Assembly (NCBI GenBank): GCA_038060895.1
Contig: JBBTCT010000021.1
Span: 8,978-36,359, forward strand
From: Planctomycetota bacterium
GTDB lineage: Bacteria; Planctomycetota; MHYJ01; WSZJ01
Reading direction: 5' to 3'
Length of the DNA: 27,382 nt
The position numbers were made by a program, and so were the translations under genes. Within the stretch, counting starts at the first letter, position 1, and the number at the start of each line of letters is the position of its first letter. Under the pieces are notes generated by a model. It had not been told where the DNA came from, did no database searches, and saw only the letters and a program-made list of their open reading frames with translations. Of this stretch, positions 26,873 through 27,382 are shown piece by piece.

Positions 26873-27100
26873 TCAGGACGTTGCCGGCGGCTTCGGCTCT
26901 TCGGGTTTCGGCGGTGGTTTGGCCTCGCCGGGTTGAACGAGCCGCCTGCGGATCCATTCCGAGCGAGGCTTCTGCGACTGCGTCGCCTGCTCCTCGATCG
27001 CCTTCGCTTCTTCGGGCGTGACGCGGACCTGGATCAAGATCGACTTGGCCTGTCCCTGCTTCATCGGCGGGCGGCCGCGCTTCGACTTTTTCGGTGCCAT
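26873..27100 (-). CDS. Small ribbon-helix-helix (MobC/NikA-like) DNA-binding protein
   Basis: KRGRPP, then IQVRVTPEE...IEEQA.....RSEWIRRRL; TAGGAT lies 6 nt upstream of the ATG. Confidence 0.7.
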   Translation of the reverse strand: MAPKKSKRGRPPMKQGQAKSILIQVRVTPEEAKAIEEQATQSQKPRSEWIRRRLVQPGEAKPPPKPEEPKPPATS

Positions 27101-27382
27101 GCCGCCATCCTACCACCCAGATTTAAGCGATTACACAAAACTCGCAATCCCGACAATCAGGACGATCAGCTATCATCGCCTCGCGACTCCTTCGAATGAG
27201 GGGGGCTCGCGGACGAGGGTGCGACTCGAGAGGTGAAGCGGCCGGTCCACCCTCGCGTCGGTATCAGACAGCATATCCCCATAGAGGGCGGAAGTCTGCA
27301 GGAAACTTATTTTACAGCGGACGGTTCAGATTCATCTTGAACAGAATACCCACACCACCCGTAACGCTCGCTCCTGGGAAAG

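Noticed and set aside
1-27382. CRISPR arrays, tRNA/rRNA, IS elements, recognised defence genes
   Set aside because: No repeat-spacer periodicity, cloverleaf, transposase or known defence motifs seen by eye.

Overview
GC-rich bacterial chromosomal segment of about 25 genes. The many signal-peptide hypotheticals and HEAT, TPR and thioredoxin-like proteins suggest a Planctomycetota-type organism (inference only). Order: MoxR-like AAA+ ATPase, secreted protein, aldo/keto reductase, Maf, Dus, HEAT protein, NlpI-like TPR lipoprotein, an ECF sigma/zinc anti-sigma cluster with three exported proteins, an RsbU/SpoIIE-type phosphatase, a dehydrogenase-hydratase fusion in reverse-FadB order, a hybrid histidine kinase, a CxxC-less thioredoxin-fold protein, LOG, a CAP-domain protein, a broken Ogt, two paralogous TPR-esterases around an MFS transporter, and a small RHH-like protein. 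I found no rRNA, tRNA, CRISPR array or transposase. The best novelty candidates are the ECF module (Cys-to-Ser/Met/His OB-fold-like protein, ER/K helix protein, LTXXQ-like proteins), three structured intergenic elements, recurrent leaderless-gene architecture, and the deleted/frameshifted ogt. All family calls come from reading motifs by eye; no searches were run.
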